Assembly: GCA_964347325.1 (NCBI GenBank) | Contig: CAYFYA010000008.1 | Span: forward strand, 23,719 to 87,718 | Direction: 5' to 3' | DNA from: an uncultured Methanomassiliicoccales archaeon | GTDB taxonomy: Archaea; Thermoplasmatota; Thermoplasmata; RBG-16-68-12; JAJISG01 | Length of the DNA: 64,000 bases | Shown: positions 17,797-28,701 of the stretch, piece after piece | Layout: each line of letters starts with the position of its first letter | How positions within the stretch are numbered: the first letter of the stretch is position 1 | Program-made: the position numbers and the translations under genes | The notes under the pieces: generated by a model | The model's input: the letters and a program-made list of their open reading frames with translations, nothing else | The model's database searches: none | What the model was told of the DNA's origin: nothing

Positions 17797-20661
17797 TTGG
17801 TAGAGCTCAACCTCGCCACTGTCTCCTTCATCTTGGCGGGAGTCGCCTTCCTAATCATCCTCCTGGCGGGCCTCAGGAAGAGGATCCTTATGCGCGTCGG
17901 CTTCCGCAACGTTGTCCGGCGGAAAACCCAGGTGATCCTCGCGGTGGCGGGCCTCACAGTGGCCACCTCCATCATCTCCGGCGCCCTGGTCATAAGCGAC
18001 AGTTTCGACGCGACTGTCCTCGCTATAGTCTTACGCGGGACCGACCACGTCGATGAGGTTGTATATCTCCAGGACGAGGCGGGACTCCGCAGCTATTTCG
18101 ACTACTCCGTCTACGAGCGTCTGCATGCGAACCTCTCGACTATGGAGAACGTGGACGCCGTCGCCCCACGGATCCATCTGCCGGCAGCCGTGAGCGACGA
18201 GAGGACCGATCTGGTCCAGCCGTCGACGACCCTAATCGCCTTCGACCCCGCCTTGGACATGGGCTCCTTTACCCTTCTGAACGGCAGCTCTGTGGACGGG
18301 ACTGCCCTGCAGGAGGACGAGGTCTACGTCAACGAGGCGCTGGCCAGTGAGCTCGACGCCAAAGGCGGGGACGTCGTCCAGGTCTTCGTAAACGGCCAGT
18401 CCCTGGACATGCGCGTGAGGGACGTTGTCCAGGACATAGGCAGAGGGGGCTGGGCAACCACCGATGGCATCTTCCTTCGACTGTCCGCTGTGCAGCAGGC
18501 CCTGAACGTCTCGGGCCAGATCAACTTCATCACGGTCTCCAATATTGGCGGCGTGGCGGATGGTCACGAGGCGACGGACGGGGCCCTGGAGGACCTCAAC
18601 GCCGTCCTGGGGGAGGGCCATCCCTTCGTCATCGAAGCCATCAAGCGGGACGCCATCGACCTCTTCACAGACCTGATGGACCAGCTGAGCCAGCTCTTCA
18701 CCCTGATGAGCGCCTTCACCGTGGTGGCGGGCATCCTCCTCATCCTGAACATCTTCTCCATGGTGGCGGAGGAGCGGAAGACTGAGATGGGTATGGCCAG
18801 AGCCCTCGGCATGCGCAGGAGCCACCTGGTCCAGGCCTTCATATTCGAGGGTTTCATCTACTCCTTGGCCTCGGCTGTCCTGGGTGCCTTCGCGGGCCTC
18901 GGCGTCGCAACCGTTATCATGGAGGCCTTCCGACAGATCTTCACCTTCTTCGCCCGAGACCTCCAGATAGTCTTCGAGTTGGGCAGCCTGATGACGGCCT
19001 TCTCCCTGGGACTCCTCCTCACGCTCGTCACGATAGCGCTGGCCTCGTGGAGGATCAGCAAGCTGAACATCGTTCGGGCCATACGGGACCTGCCCGAGCC
19101 CCTGCAGAAGGGGGCCACGTGGCTGGAGTTGCTGGCGGCCGCGACCCTTGCCGGCGGTGGCGCCTTCGGCCTATACTACAGCCTGGTCGAGTCCAACGAG
19201 ATGCTCTACATTGTGGGCGCCCCCCTCATCGCCCTGGGTCTGGGCCTGGCGGCCGTTCACAGACTCGGGCCTAGGCTCCCCCTCACCATCGCGGGGGCCT
19301 TCACCATCGCCTGGATCCTGATGCCCTTCAGGTTCATCGGAGAGGTGGAGCCCAACATCGAGAACTTCATCATCGCAGGCATCCTGCTGGTGGCGGGCGG
19401 CGTCCTCACCATCATGGCCAACAGCGCGTTCATTCTCCGCCTGGGACCGAAGATTACCAAGGACAGAAAGGCCCTTCCCGTGATCAAGGCTGCCATCGCC
19501 TACCCCCTGGCGAAGAAGTTCAGGACAGGCGTCATCCTGGCCATGTTCGCCCTTATCATGTTCACCATCACCGTCATGAGCATGGTCATGGCCATGACGG
19601 GCTCCACCGTCGACGTCTTCGGGCGCATGGAGTCGGGAGGATACCAAGTCATCGGACGGACAAGCCCCTTCGCCATCCTGGACGACTTCGACGAGAGGCT
19701 CAATGAGTCCGGTCTCGCCGAATCAATCGAGTTTAGAGAGGAGCTGCTGCAGGCCAGGGTCCTGGTCAGCGGGCCACGACTGGGGGAGATGAACTACCCG
19801 CTGGTGGGGGTATCCCAGGACTTCGCTGATAGGAACGAGTTCAGCTTCCATAGGATGGCCGAGGGCTACGAGACCTCCAGGGATGTGTGGGAAGCACTAA
19901 CGGCCGATCCCAGCCTGGCTGTGGTTGACAGGTCCGCCCAGCCCGTCGACTTCGGACCGGCAACGGACTTCAGAGCGGAGGTAGGAGACGTCCTTCGTCT
20001 GGAGAACGTCATCGGGGAGCAGAAGGACGTCACCGTCATAGCAATCCTCGATGCCCGCTTCGTCCCTGGCATCTTCGTGGCGGGAGAGGGGGTCGAGGAA
20101 TTCGGCTTCATCGACAAGCCCACTCTTTTCTACTTCAAGATTACCGAAGGAGAAGACGAGTCCACCCTGTCCAAGTCCCTGGAGCGGGAGTTCGTGGACT
20201 ACGGCCTGCAGACGACGGTCATCATGGACGAGGTGCGGGACGCCATGGAGGTGACCCTGAACGTCATGCAGCTCATCCAGGCCTTCCTGGCCCTGGGCCT
20301 GGCTGTCGGCATCTCTGGCTTGGGTGTCCTGGCGGTTCGCAACGTGGTGGAGAGGCGCTCCATCATCGGGACCCTCCGGGCCCTAGGCTTCCGCAAGGAG
20401 ATGATCCTGAAGACCTTCCTCCTCGAGTTATCCTTCGTGGCGGTCCTGGGAATCCTCCTCGGGCTGACCCTAGGCATCGCCCTGGCCTACAACCTCTTTA
20501 CCACGATGGATATCTTCAACGGTGCTGAGTTCGTGATCCCTTGGCCTAACCTCGCCTTCATCTTGGTCCTCTCCTTCGTCGCCAGCGTCCTGGCCACGCT
20601 CTCTCCTTCACTCAGGGCCTCGAAGATGCCGCCCGCGGAGGCACTGAGACAGGTGCTGTAG
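17797..20661 (+). CDS. FtsX/MacB-family ABC permease with two FtsX-like 4-TM modules (954 aa)
   Basis: Two blocks of 4 TM helices separated by large extracytoplasmic domains. Immediately downstream of the MacB-type ATPase gene. Confidence 0.8.
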   Translation: MVELNLATVSFILAGVAFLIILLAGLRKRILMRVGFRNVVRRKTQVILAVAGLTVATSIISGALVISDSFDATVLAIVLRGTDHVDEVVYLQDEAGLRSYFDYSVYERLHANLSTMENVDAVAPRIHLPAAVSDERTDLVQPSTTLIAFDPALDMGSFTLLNGSSVDGTALQEDEVYVNEALASELDAKGGDVVQVFVNGQSLDMRVRDVVQDIGRGGWATTDGIFLRLSAVQQALNVSGQINFITVSNIGGVADGHEATDGALEDLNAVLGEGHPFVIEAIKRDAIDLFTDLMDQLSQLFTLMSAFTVVAGILLILNIFSMVAEERKTEMGMARALGMRRSHLVQAFIFEGFIYSLASAVLGAFAGLGVATVIMEAFRQIFTFFARDLQIVFELGSLMTAFSLGLLLTLVTIALASWRISKLNIVRAIRDLPEPLQKGATWLELLAAATLAGGGAFGLYYSLVESNEMLYIVGAPLIALGLGLAAVHRLGPRLPLTIAGAFTIAWILMPFRFIGEVEPNIENFIIAGILLVAGGVLTIMANSAFILRLGPKITKDRKALPVIKAAIAYPLAKKFRTGVILAMFALIMFTITVMSMVMAMTGSTVDVFGRMESGGYQVIGRTSPFAILDDFDERLNESGLAESIEFREELLQARVLVSGPRLGEMNYPLVGVSQDFADRNEFSFHRMAEGYETSRDVWEALTADPSLAVVDRSAQPVDFGPATDFRAEVGDVLRLENVIGEQKDVTVIAILDARFVPGIFVAGEGVEEFGFIDKPTLFYFKITEGEDESTLSKSLEREFVDYGLQTTVIMDEVRDAMEVTLNVMQLIQAFLALGLAVGISGLGVLAVRNVVERRSIIGTLRALGFRKEMILKTFLLELSFVAVLGILLGLTLGIALAYNLFTTMDIFNGAEFVIPWPNLAFILVLSFVASVLATLSPSLRASKMPPAEALRQVL

Positions 20662-20671
20662 AGGTCTCCCG

Positions 20672-21148
20672 TCAGTGTGATCTGGATACCCGCTGTTGTC
20701 GGTCCACTTGGAGGGCCATCCTGTACGCCTTGCCCGCCTTGATGTTGGCGACAATCAGGAGGATTCCGGCGATGATGTTGGCCAGAAGGATGACCACAAC
20801 GCCCAGAATCAGACACTGGATCGCCGCTGCGCCGACCCTCCTCGACCGCAAGGGCTTGATGGCCCATGCGTAGATGATGTAGATGAAGACGAGCCCTAGG
20901 ACACCGGTTATGAGGAGTAGGTCGGAAAGGAAGAACCCCTGGGTGATTAGCACGTCAGGGACGAGGAGTCCACCTCCTATGAGTATGAATGCAGTCACCG
21001 CTTGAATGAGCAACGCCCCCACCGCAAAACCCTCCGCGGACGACGCTTCCCGCTCGGCCTCGGTCGGCAGGGTGGCTGGCACGGTCGCGATCCTGGTTGG
21101 CCGACGTGGCCGCCAATCCGGGAAGCGGGGGCCCCGTTGGGGGAGCAC
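20672..21148 (-). CDS. Hypothetical membrane protein (3 TM)
   Basis: Hydrophobic ORF with a non-hydrophobic N-terminus; the start is uncertain. Confidence 0.4.
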   Translation of the reverse strand: MLPQRGPRFPDWRPRRPTRIATVPATLPTEAEREASSAEGFAVGALLIQAVTAFILIGGGLLVPDVLITQGFFLSDLLLITGVLGLVFIYIIYAWAIKPLRSRRVGAAAIQCLILGVVVILLANIIAGILLIVANIKAGKAYRMALQVDRQQRVSRSH

Positions 21149-21303
21149 GATTCTAGATTCCCTTGGTCATATAAGGTAGGTTCTCAAGAGAGAGGTGGAA
21201 TGAGGATGGCGTGGTAGTCTCTCACTTGTCGCTCGTCACACATCCTTCGAGGCCGTAGACAGCTCCAGCCCCGCTCCTGTTCTGAAGGCCAGATAACTGA
21301 GGA

Positions 21304-22389
21304 ATGATTCTTCCCTACACCTTTATACGGCCACCGACGCAGGCTTTCACCGTGACCCTGTCCAACGATACGAAGATCAAGATCCTGTGGTACCTCCTCC
21401 TCTCGGCCCTTGGGGTCTTCCATGCCGAGGTCCTGAGTTGGAGCCAGCCCGGTGTGCTCATCGAACCGGCGACTTTCGCGTTAGTCACACCGGTCTACGC
21501 GGTGCATTACATCCTCTTCGGGGATTTGATGGGGCGTTACAGGGACAAGAAGGCTGTCCTGTACGTCTTTGGCTGCCTGACGGGGATGTACGAGACCTTT
21601 ATAACCAAGGTCTACTGGTCACCGCCCTGGAACCCCGAGGCTGTGACAGCTTTGGGCGTGGCCTGGGTAGAGCTTCTCTGGATCGGCTTCACGTGGCACG
21701 CCTTCATGAGCTTCCTTATTCCATTCACACTGATGAGTCGCCTCTTCACGCCGGGAGGGCGAACAAGTCTGAAGGCGCGTGACCTGAGGGCCATTCTCAT
21801 CGTCGGACCCTTCATGGGAGCCACGCTGGGCTACGGGTTCGGGCAGGGCATTGAGGTGATGCTCCCTTCGGTCCTGCTGTCGCTGCTTGTGATTTCGGTC
21901 CTCGCGGCAGCCGTCATCTGGGGATTCAAGCGCTGGGGATTCACGAGTCCAGACCAACTCGCCTTCGGAGGCGCGGGTCGGAAGCTGGCCATCAGTTCGT
22001 TCCTTGGTGTCTACGTGGGCTACAGTGTTCTCCTCCGTCCGGAGTTCATCCCTTTCGGGATTCCTATAGTTACTGTGCTGTCAGTCTACGCCGGCCTCGC
22101 TTATCTCGCATCGAATGTACTCCGGGCATCTCGAGAGACTGCACTGCCAATCTCGGACCCTCTCGATGGCCGTGGCTCCCTGAGGTATCTGCTGCTCTAT
22201 GCAGCTGTGTTCGCCCTTTTCTTCCTGGCCTTCGCGGGCCTTCAAGCACTCGTGCCGCTCCTCTTTCCCATAGCGGCCAGCTTCATCGTCTACGCGGGGG
22301 CAGCACTGCCCGTGGGACTCCTCATTGTCATAACGGTGAGAAAACTCCGGTTCGCAAGACGTCAGCGCATGGCTACCGACTACGCCTAG
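21304..22389 (+). CDS. Hypothetical polytopic membrane protein (about 10 TM) next to the glycan island
   Basis: Hydrophobicity pattern only; no recognisable motif. Confidence 0.45.
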   Translation: MILPYTFIRPPTQAFTVTLSNDTKIKILWYLLLSALGVFHAEVLSWSQPGVLIEPATFALVTPVYAVHYILFGDLMGRYRDKKAVLYVFGCLTGMYETFITKVYWSPPWNPEAVTALGVAWVELLWIGFTWHAFMSFLIPFTLMSRLFTPGGRTSLKARDLRAILIVGPFMGATLGYGFGQGIEVMLPSVLLSLLVISVLAAAVIWGFKRWGFTSPDQLAFGGAGRKLAISSFLGVYVGYSVLLRPEFIPFGIPIVTVLSVYAGLAYLASNVLRASRETALPISDPLDGRGSLRYLLLYAAVFALFFLAFAGLQALVPLLFPIAASFIVYAGAALPVGLLIVITVRKLRFARRQRMATDYA

Positions 22390-23920
22390 ACTCCTTGCTC
22401 TCGGTGTCCGTAAGCTCGTCTCGGATGTAGAGCGCCATCTTCCTCGGATTCAAGATGTCTAGGAAGAAGAGGACGTCAGATCTACGAAACTCCCGCGCAA
22501 CGGTCAGGACGGCTATGTAGGCTCCCAAGAACGCGGCCCCGACGGCCAGTAGATGGAACCATCGCCAGTTGAGCGCCTGCTCTGGAGAGAGGACGAGTGT
22601 GAAGATGATTGCGATGGATGCGGCGGCGGCGACGTGGAATACGACGGGGCGGTGCACGCGGTCGCCCACGAGCCGGTGGGAAAAGAACAGCGCGATGCCT
22701 AGGGCGACGGAGTACCCTACCAGCACGCTAGCAGCGGCGCCTTGGGCTCCCAGACCCGCCAGGCCGACGCCGAAGATGGACGTGGGGATGAGCACGAAGT
22801 AGAGTGCTAAGATCACAAGAGCCGCCAACAGGGATACGAAACCGGCCAGGTCGGCTCGATCCATTCCCTGGAGGATCGTTCCTCGGGGTACTCCTAAGCC
22901 GAAGACGAAGGCAGCGGCCCCAAAGAGTCGGAGGACATTCACAGCTGGAAGGAAGTCGTCGGCGAGCAAGACGTGGATGACGCCCTCGGGATAGAGTATC
23001 AGGAAGGCGGAGGCAGGCGCCAGAATCATGCTCAGATATCTCTCTGCCTGCCTCGATCTGCTCCGAAGCTCATCGATCTCGTCTCGGGCGTGGTGTCGGG
23101 AGAGTACCGGGAACAGGAGGAGAGAGACGGCCGCGGCAATGCTGGCAAGAAGGCGGAAGATCAGTTGAGTCGTGAAGTAGTAACCCACCTCTGCTACGCC
23201 CCAGAAGAGCTGTATGACCGCTTTGTCGATGTAGACCGAGAGACTTGTGAGGGCGGCGGGCACCGCCAGGGGGAGTGCGAATTTCATGTAGCTCTTCACG
23301 CGGCCGAGTCTCGGAGGACCAAGGGGATACCGACGAAGGAAGAAGAGAGCACCCCCCGCCAGGGCTAGCGCCCCTGCGACGTAGGCCCACGCGATCTCAA
23401 GCGGCCCTAGTCCCGCTACGGCGACGACAATCATCCCAGCAACCCTCACAACCGTGCCCGTGAGCGCCGCCGTCTGAGTCTTCGCCGTCTGCAGTCGCGC
23501 GTTGAACGTCGATGTGCCGTAGTCGGCGACGGAGATCGCAACGAAGTATAGGATCATGATGTAGACGACGCGGAGGTGGAGGGCAGTCTCGAAACCCCTA
23601 CCCAAGACCTCGCTCCAGACGAAGAGAGCGAGGAAGGTAGTGGCAACCGCAAGTCCGATCTGCACGACCTTGATCAGCGCGAAGGCGCCTAGGCACAGAT
23701 CAAGGGGCTCCCCCTGCGAGATCCTCTTCACGTGAGCGGCCTGCACCCCAAGTCCGGCAAGTATGAAGAAGGAACCCACGAAGCCAACGCCGAAGCCTAC
23801 GATCCCAAGTGTCTCCGCGGGGCTAGGCAACAATCGCGCGATTGCTAGGACTCCCACGTAGCCCAGGAGACCCCCAAGAGTGTTGGCCAGGAGGATGAGC
23901 AGAGACCGCCTAGCTATCAT
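22373..23920 (-). CDS. Wzx/AglR-like oligosaccharide flippase (polysaccharide biosynthesis protein, MOP superfamily)
   Basis: About 14 TM segments with a Wzx-like N-terminus 'RSLLILLANTLGGLLGYVGVLAIARLL'. First gene of the glycosylation gene block. Confidence 0.7.
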   Translation of the reverse strand: MIARRSLLILLANTLGGLLGYVGVLAIARLLPSPAETLGIVGFGVGFVGSFFILAGLGVQAAHVKRISQGEPLDLCLGAFALIKVVQIGLAVATTFLALFVWSEVLGRGFETALHLRVVYIMILYFVAISVADYGTSTFNARLQTAKTQTAALTGTVVRVAGMIVVAVAGLGPLEIAWAYVAGALALAGGALFFLRRYPLGPPRLGRVKSYMKFALPLAVPAALTSLSVYIDKAVIQLFWGVAEVGYYFTTQLIFRLLASIAAAVSLLLFPVLSRHHARDEIDELRSRSRQAERYLSMILAPASAFLILYPEGVIHVLLADDFLPAVNVLRLFGAAAFVFGLGVPRGTILQGMDRADLAGFVSLLAALVILALYFVLIPTSIFGVGLAGLGAQGAAASVLVGYSVALGIALFFSHRLVGDRVHRPVVFHVAAAASIAIIFTLVLSPEQALNWRWFHLLAVGAAFLGAYIAVLTVAREFRRSDVLFFLDILNPRKMALYIRDELTDTESKESRRSR

Positions 23921-24025
23921 TGCCTCAACGCCATCCAGAGCAACGTTTAGAGATAATCCTTCTGGAAACCGCTATGCTAGCCCTGCCCCACATCCCCTCT
24001 TCAAGGACGGTTCGAGGAGTGGAAA

Positions 24026-24883
24026 CTATGCATCACCCTCGCCATGAGTTAGCAGCTTGAGGAAACCTAGGATTTCGAGAACGAATTGGGACATGGAGGT
24101 CCCCCGAGGATCGGAGGCGTTCTTGACCCGCCAAGGGAGCTGCATTACTTGGTACATGAGGTAGGCAGCGACACCAAACAAGGCGGCGGTAGCCTCCATG
24201 CGGCGGAGCCCCTTGATGAGAACCCGCTTGCCAGCCTGTCTCATCGCTCTGACGTTGGTGGAGGTCTGCCCGGGGTGCACACGATACCTGACCAGAGGTT
24301 CCGGGATGTGTAGGACGTCATACCTCTGCACGATACGAAACCAGAGGTCATAGTCTGGCGCGAACCGCTCGGTCTCATCGAAGAGTCCAACGTTGTCGAA
24401 GACGTCGTGGCGAATCAGCGCCGTGCTGCCGTTGATGAAGCACTTGCGGGCTAGCCAAACCTGTTGGGCGAGCTTGGTTCGGGGACACCACGCGTAGGAC
24501 TCCCCTATCACCCTCCCATGGGAATCGATCCGGAGGTCGTCTGAGAAGACTAGTCCCACCGTTGGCGATTGCCCTATGGCCTCCACTTGAAGAGCGAGCT
24601 TGTGCGGTTCCCATAGGTCGTCTGAGGAGAGCCAGGCAATCCAGTCTCCCTGAGCTTGTGAAATCCCGAGGTTCAGCGCGGATGCACCGCCTCCGTTGGG
24701 TTTCCGAAAGCCGCGGACTCTTAATCCGTAGGAAGCGATGACTTCAGGTGTCCCATCAGTACTCCCGTCGTCGACCACGATTAATTCATAGTCAGTATAG
24801 GTCTGCGCTAGCACAGAGTCGATCGCGTCCCCTAGGTAACGCTCCTGATTGTAAACAGGGATGATTACGCTGATATGGACCAT
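24026..24883 (-). CDS. Family 2 glycosyltransferase
   Basis: 'ISVIIPVYNQERYLGDAIDSVLAQTYTDYELIVVDDGSTDGT' (GT-A fold with DxD region). Confidence 0.85.
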   Translation of the reverse strand: MVHISVIIPVYNQERYLGDAIDSVLAQTYTDYELIVVDDGSTDGTPEVIASYGLRVRGFRKPNGGGASALNLGISQAQGDWIAWLSSDDLWEPHKLALQVEAIGQSPTVGLVFSDDLRIDSHGRVIGESYAWCPRTKLAQQVWLARKCFINGSTALIRHDVFDNVGLFDETERFAPDYDLWFRIVQRYDVLHIPEPLVRYRVHPGQTSTNVRAMRQAGKRVLIKGLRRMEATAALFGVAAYLMYQVMQLPWRVKNASDPRGTSMSQFVLEILGFLKLLTHGEGDA

Positions 24884-24892
24884 GAAAACCCT

Positions 24893-25777
24893 CTAGATTC
24901 GGAGCCACTCTCTGTATCGGTGCAGGCCGGTGGCAAAGGGCACGAAGGGTCCGATCCCAAGCTCTGAACGGCAGGCATCGGGGGATGAGAAGAACCGAAC
25001 TGGGACCTCTCCCTCACGCGGCTGAGTGGTCACATCCATGTCTGAGTCGAGAACATCCAGGGCCTCCTTGATAATCTCGGGGACCGTCCTGGGACTCCCA
25101 CCGCAGAGATCGAGGCATCTGTCGGCTGCCCGCCCGTCGGCGGCTGCAATGGCGGCTCCAGCTACGTCCGACACGTACAAGGGATCCAGGAGCGAACCCT
25201 CGGCAGATGTCACCGGAAAGACTTCACGACCCTCGTCGACAGCACGAATCAGCAGCGGAATGAGCCGATTTGGATGATCGTGCGGTCCGTAGGTGTAGTA
25301 GAGGCGGAGGATGGTCCCCCACTCGAGGGTACCCCTCTTCATATAGTGTCGGATGTACTGCTCCGACGCCAGCTTGGTGATAGCATAAGGCATCTGAGGA
25401 TCGGTTCTGGTATCGGGTGACACCTTACCGGAATTCCCCTCATAGACAGCGGCAGAGCCCATGAAGACCAGACCTCCGGAGAAGCCTGTCAGGAACCGAT
25501 TGAGCGCCTCCAGGTTCATCGCAAGGTCTTCGAGGGGTGACTGGACGGACTTCAGGTGGCTTGAGTTGCCGGCCGCGTAGATACACCCGTCTGCGTCGAG
25601 AGACTTCGTCGCGCCCAGGAGGTTGTAGCGAATGGCCGAACATCCGAACTCCCTTGCGAATCGAGGGAAGTCCTCAGCTCGCCAGTACGTGCCATACACC
25701 TCCCACCGCGTGTCTGCGGCCGCCCTAACTAGGTTCCTGCCGATGAAGCCGCTGGCACCTACGATGAGGAGCTTCAT
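24893..25777 (-). CDS. NAD-dependent sugar epimerase/dehydratase (SDR family)
   Basis: 'MKLLIVGASGFIGRNLV' Rossmann motif and catalytic 'YAITKLASE' (YxxxK). Confidence 0.8.
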   Translation of the reverse strand: MKLLIVGASGFIGRNLVRAAADTRWEVYGTYWRAEDFPRFAREFGCSAIRYNLLGATKSLDADGCIYAAGNSSHLKSVQSPLEDLAMNLEALNRFLTGFSGGLVFMGSAAVYEGNSGKVSPDTRTDPQMPYAITKLASEQYIRHYMKRGTLEWGTILRLYYTYGPHDHPNRLIPLLIRAVDEGREVFPVTSAEGSLLDPLYVSDVAGAAIAAADGRAADRCLDLCGGSPRTVPEIIKEALDVLDSDMDVTTQPREGEVPVRFFSSPDACRSELGIGPFVPFATGLHRYREWLRI

Positions 25778-25783
25778 GGTCTC

Positions 25784-26713
25784 TCAGCATTCGATGTCTG
25801 GATCCCTAATGAAGTCCCTCTGCCACTCTATTGTGCGGCGAAGGCCCTCATCCAGGGGTGTCTTGGCCTCAAAGCCCAGCTCTCGCTTGGCCTTCTCGAA
25901 GGACGCATTCTTGACGCGCGTGACAAACCGAGGTACATCAGCATAGCGGATCAGGCCCCTCGGCTTGTCCGCCAGGTCGCAAATCAGCTCTGCAACCTCC
26001 GACATCTGACTGGGGTGATGCCTGCCGATGTTGTAGACTTCGGCTGATCCTGGCTTGAAGTTCTCCATGACCGAACGCCACCCCTCCACTATGTCATCGA
26101 CGTAGCACCAGCTGCGAGACGTTCCTGAATGAACGTGGATGGGTCGATCGTGCAGGATGTTGTAGACGAAGCGTGCGATAGCGCTCCGGAAGTAAGAGGG
26201 GTATTCCCCAGGTCCGTAACACATGAAGATGCGAATGATGTGAGCCTCGAGGTCGTAGTTCTCCACGAAGTGGCTAATATACTGTTCGGCCTGATACTTG
26301 GAGATGGCGTAGCAGTTCGTCTGCTTGACAGGGACCATGTCCTCTCTCATCACAGCCTCACTCACGTCCCCGTAGACTTCCGAGGTGCTAGCGAATATCA
26401 GTCGAGCACCGTATTCCCTACACATCTGAATCATGTTCAGCGTGCCGCTGACGTTGATGTCTACCGTGCGTCTGGCGAAGAGTTCACCGTTCTCGCGACC
26501 AGCTTCACCGGCCAGGTGGAGGACGTAATCGATGTCCCACTTCTTGAAGGCCTCCACTACTTCTATCACGGAGGTTACGTCAGCACGAATGTAGTCCTCG
26601 TGACGCATGATCTTGTTATCCAAGGCCTTGACGTCATGGCCGCCCTCCCGCAGTAGGGGCACCATTCGACTCCCGATGGCACCCAGTCCGCCGGTCACAA
26701 GAACAGTAGACAT
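25784..26713 (-). CDS. NAD-dependent nucleotide-sugar 4,6-dehydratase/decarboxylase-like SDR
   Basis: 'VLVTGGLGAIGSRMV' and 'YAISKYQAE' (YxxxK). Overall resembles the dTDP-glucose dehydratase / UDP-glucuronate decarboxylase family. Confidence 0.8.
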   Translation of the reverse strand: MSTVLVTGGLGAIGSRMVPLLREGGHDVKALDNKIMRHEDYIRADVTSVIEVVEAFKKWDIDYVLHLAGEAGRENGELFARRTVDINVSGTLNMIQMCREYGARLIFASTSEVYGDVSEAVMREDMVPVKQTNCYAISKYQAEQYISHFVENYDLEAHIIRIFMCYGPGEYPSYFRSAIARFVYNILHDRPIHVHSGTSRSWCYVDDIVEGWRSVMENFKPGSAEVYNIGRHHPSQMSEVAELICDLADKPRGLIRYADVPRFVTRVKNASFEKAKRELGFEAKTPLDEGLRRTIEWQRDFIRDPDIEC

Positions 26714-26897
26714 CTGATCATCCTCTACGATACAGGCGTGCTCTTTATCTAGTCTGCGTCAATCTCCTGAGGTAGAAAACGATTTCTCACCAGTTCTCGT
26801 TCGCCAGATGACTCACCCAACGAACTAACGCCGCCCCGTGTTGAGGGAGGTGATGTTCCAGCCGAGACGGGGGAACTGATCCCGGGTCTAGCCCTGG

Positions 26898-28472
26898 TTA
26901 GGGTTCGCTGGTGTCTTTGCTCGCGACAAAGATCATCTGAAGGGTCCGCGGATGGGGGGAGAAGGTCAAGACGGGAAGGCCCAGAGATGCGTATGCAGAG
27001 GGGTAGTCGTGAATCCATGCGTTCCTGCCGCTGGACCCGGTGGCGTAGCTCTCGTACCAGTCCAAATTGACGACATGCCGCTTCGCCACCCGAACCATCT
27101 CGGCGAGCGCGTTTAGAAAGCTTTCGGGCGGCAGGTGCATGAGAACTTCCGATGCCAAGACTAGGTCGGCGCTTCCACTCTTGAAGGGCAAGAAACCAGC
27201 ATCACCCTGGACGAATGAGGCTCCATTGTCCCCCAGGAATCTAACGGCCGATCGCAGCTGATCTATGCTTATGTCGACGCCGCACCCTGCCGCCCCAGAC
27301 CGTTCGCTGAGCAGCCGCGTTATCCGACCGAAGCCACACCCGACCTCGATAAAGTCTTGGTACTCTAGAGTATTCAGGATTCTCCGAAGGCTCCCCTCCT
27401 GATCGCGCTTGCTCGGAAGGTCGTCTCGTTTCGGATGACCTCGGAACTCATCCAGGTAGCCCTTTCCTCTCTTGAGCCAATATCTGCTCGCAGCTGCCCT
27501 GTCCCACGAGCCGCCCGACAACAGGTCATAGTAGAGTTTGAGGAATCGACCTGCAACTCGCAGGTCTGAGTGAGTCTGCTTCACGTAGTCGCGGCCGGCA
27601 ATCCCGATCTCGGGCCACTCCTCTCGCCGTCCCATCAGGTCCCGAAGAACGCTGCTGAGCCGGTCTTGCGGAGAGACACGAACGATGGGAAGCTCTCCGT
27701 AGAAGTCGGGGTTAAAGGAACTCACCACGACCTTCCCCAGTGACATGCCCTCGACAGAGACCATGCTGTAGATACCATACGGCATTATCTGATCTACCAC
27801 GATGTCACAACGGCTCATCAGATCCAGAGCTCGTTCGTGAGGAACCCCTTCAACAACCCACAGCTCCGCGTCCTCCGACACGTGCTTCCTTACTTCAGCG
27901 TCCTGAATGTTCGACATGCCCTTCTCACCAACAAACTTGTCGAACTCCTGGACCACTTCCGCAGTTCCCTTCATTGCCCGTCTCGACGGGAAGTGACCAA
28001 TAATGACCTTCCGTTCACGTCCCGGCGGCATTAGCTCCCGAGGCAATGGAAACGGGTTGGGGATCCATTGAGCCTGCGGCACAAACTGCGTGAGATCCGG
28101 AGTTGAGCAGACGACTGCGTCCGCCCATCCAACATGGTGCAGACCGCGGCCGGTTCGTGTTTCAGTGCCGTGAAGATGGACAAGGATCGCCGTTTCTGGG
28201 AACACCCTTCGGAGGAGTCCGTAGCCTACCTGGCTTAACCAGATGCCACCGTGGATGTGAATCACGTGAGCCTGCTGGAAAACCCTCCAGCGTCTCAGCA
28301 CCTCCACATTCCAGGACAGAGGGTCCCCGTGCGTTCGCAGGATCACGTCCCCAGGCCACACCGACTCCATGTCCTTCCGAATGAGAACGGTCACATCGTG
28401 ACCCAAGGACTCTTGAGCTCTGGCTAGGTACCAGGCAACGTTGGCTATGTTGTTGACGTGGACTATCCTCAT
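26898..28472 (-). CDS. Fusion protein: N-terminal GT4-like glycosyltransferase fused to a C-terminal class I SAM-dependent methyltransferase
   Basis: The N-terminal roughly 320 aa are GT-B-like. The C-terminus carries 'EVGCGFGRITRLL' (SAM motif I) and 'ADLVLASEVLMHLP'. Confidence 0.65.
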   Translation of the reverse strand: MRIVHVNNIANVAWYLARAQESLGHDVTVLIRKDMESVWPGDVILRTHGDPLSWNVEVLRRWRVFQQAHVIHIHGGIWLSQVGYGLLRRVFPETAILVHLHGTETRTGRGLHHVGWADAVVCSTPDLTQFVPQAQWIPNPFPLPRELMPPGRERKVIIGHFPSRRAMKGTAEVVQEFDKFVGEKGMSNIQDAEVRKHVSEDAELWVVEGVPHERALDLMSRCDIVVDQIMPYGIYSMVSVEGMSLGKVVVSSFNPDFYGELPIVRVSPQDRLSSVLRDLMGRREEWPEIGIAGRDYVKQTHSDLRVAGRFLKLYYDLLSGGSWDRAAASRYWLKRGKGYLDEFRGHPKRDDLPSKRDQEGSLRRILNTLEYQDFIEVGCGFGRITRLLSERSGAAGCGVDISIDQLRSAVRFLGDNGASFVQGDAGFLPFKSGSADLVLASEVLMHLPPESFLNALAEMVRVAKRHVVNLDWYESYATGSSGRNAWIHDYPSAYASLGLPVLTFSPHPRTLQMIFVASKDTSEP

Positions 28473-28701
28473 GGGAGCGATCTCCGGGATGAGGTGTGAA
28501 CTGTCTCAGGGTTGCGCCCCTGGGCGGGGTGGGGGATGTTTCTCAGGTGGCGGACAGGAGTATGGTCCATTTATATTCGTTGCTCACGACGTCGGACCCT
28601 CTGGGGCGGGAACCCCAGCTGGTCCCTCCAAGCCTTACGAGAGGGCCCATGGATGGCTGCCGCGTGGCAGGGGTCTCATGCTTTAATACGGCCTCTGTCA
28701 T

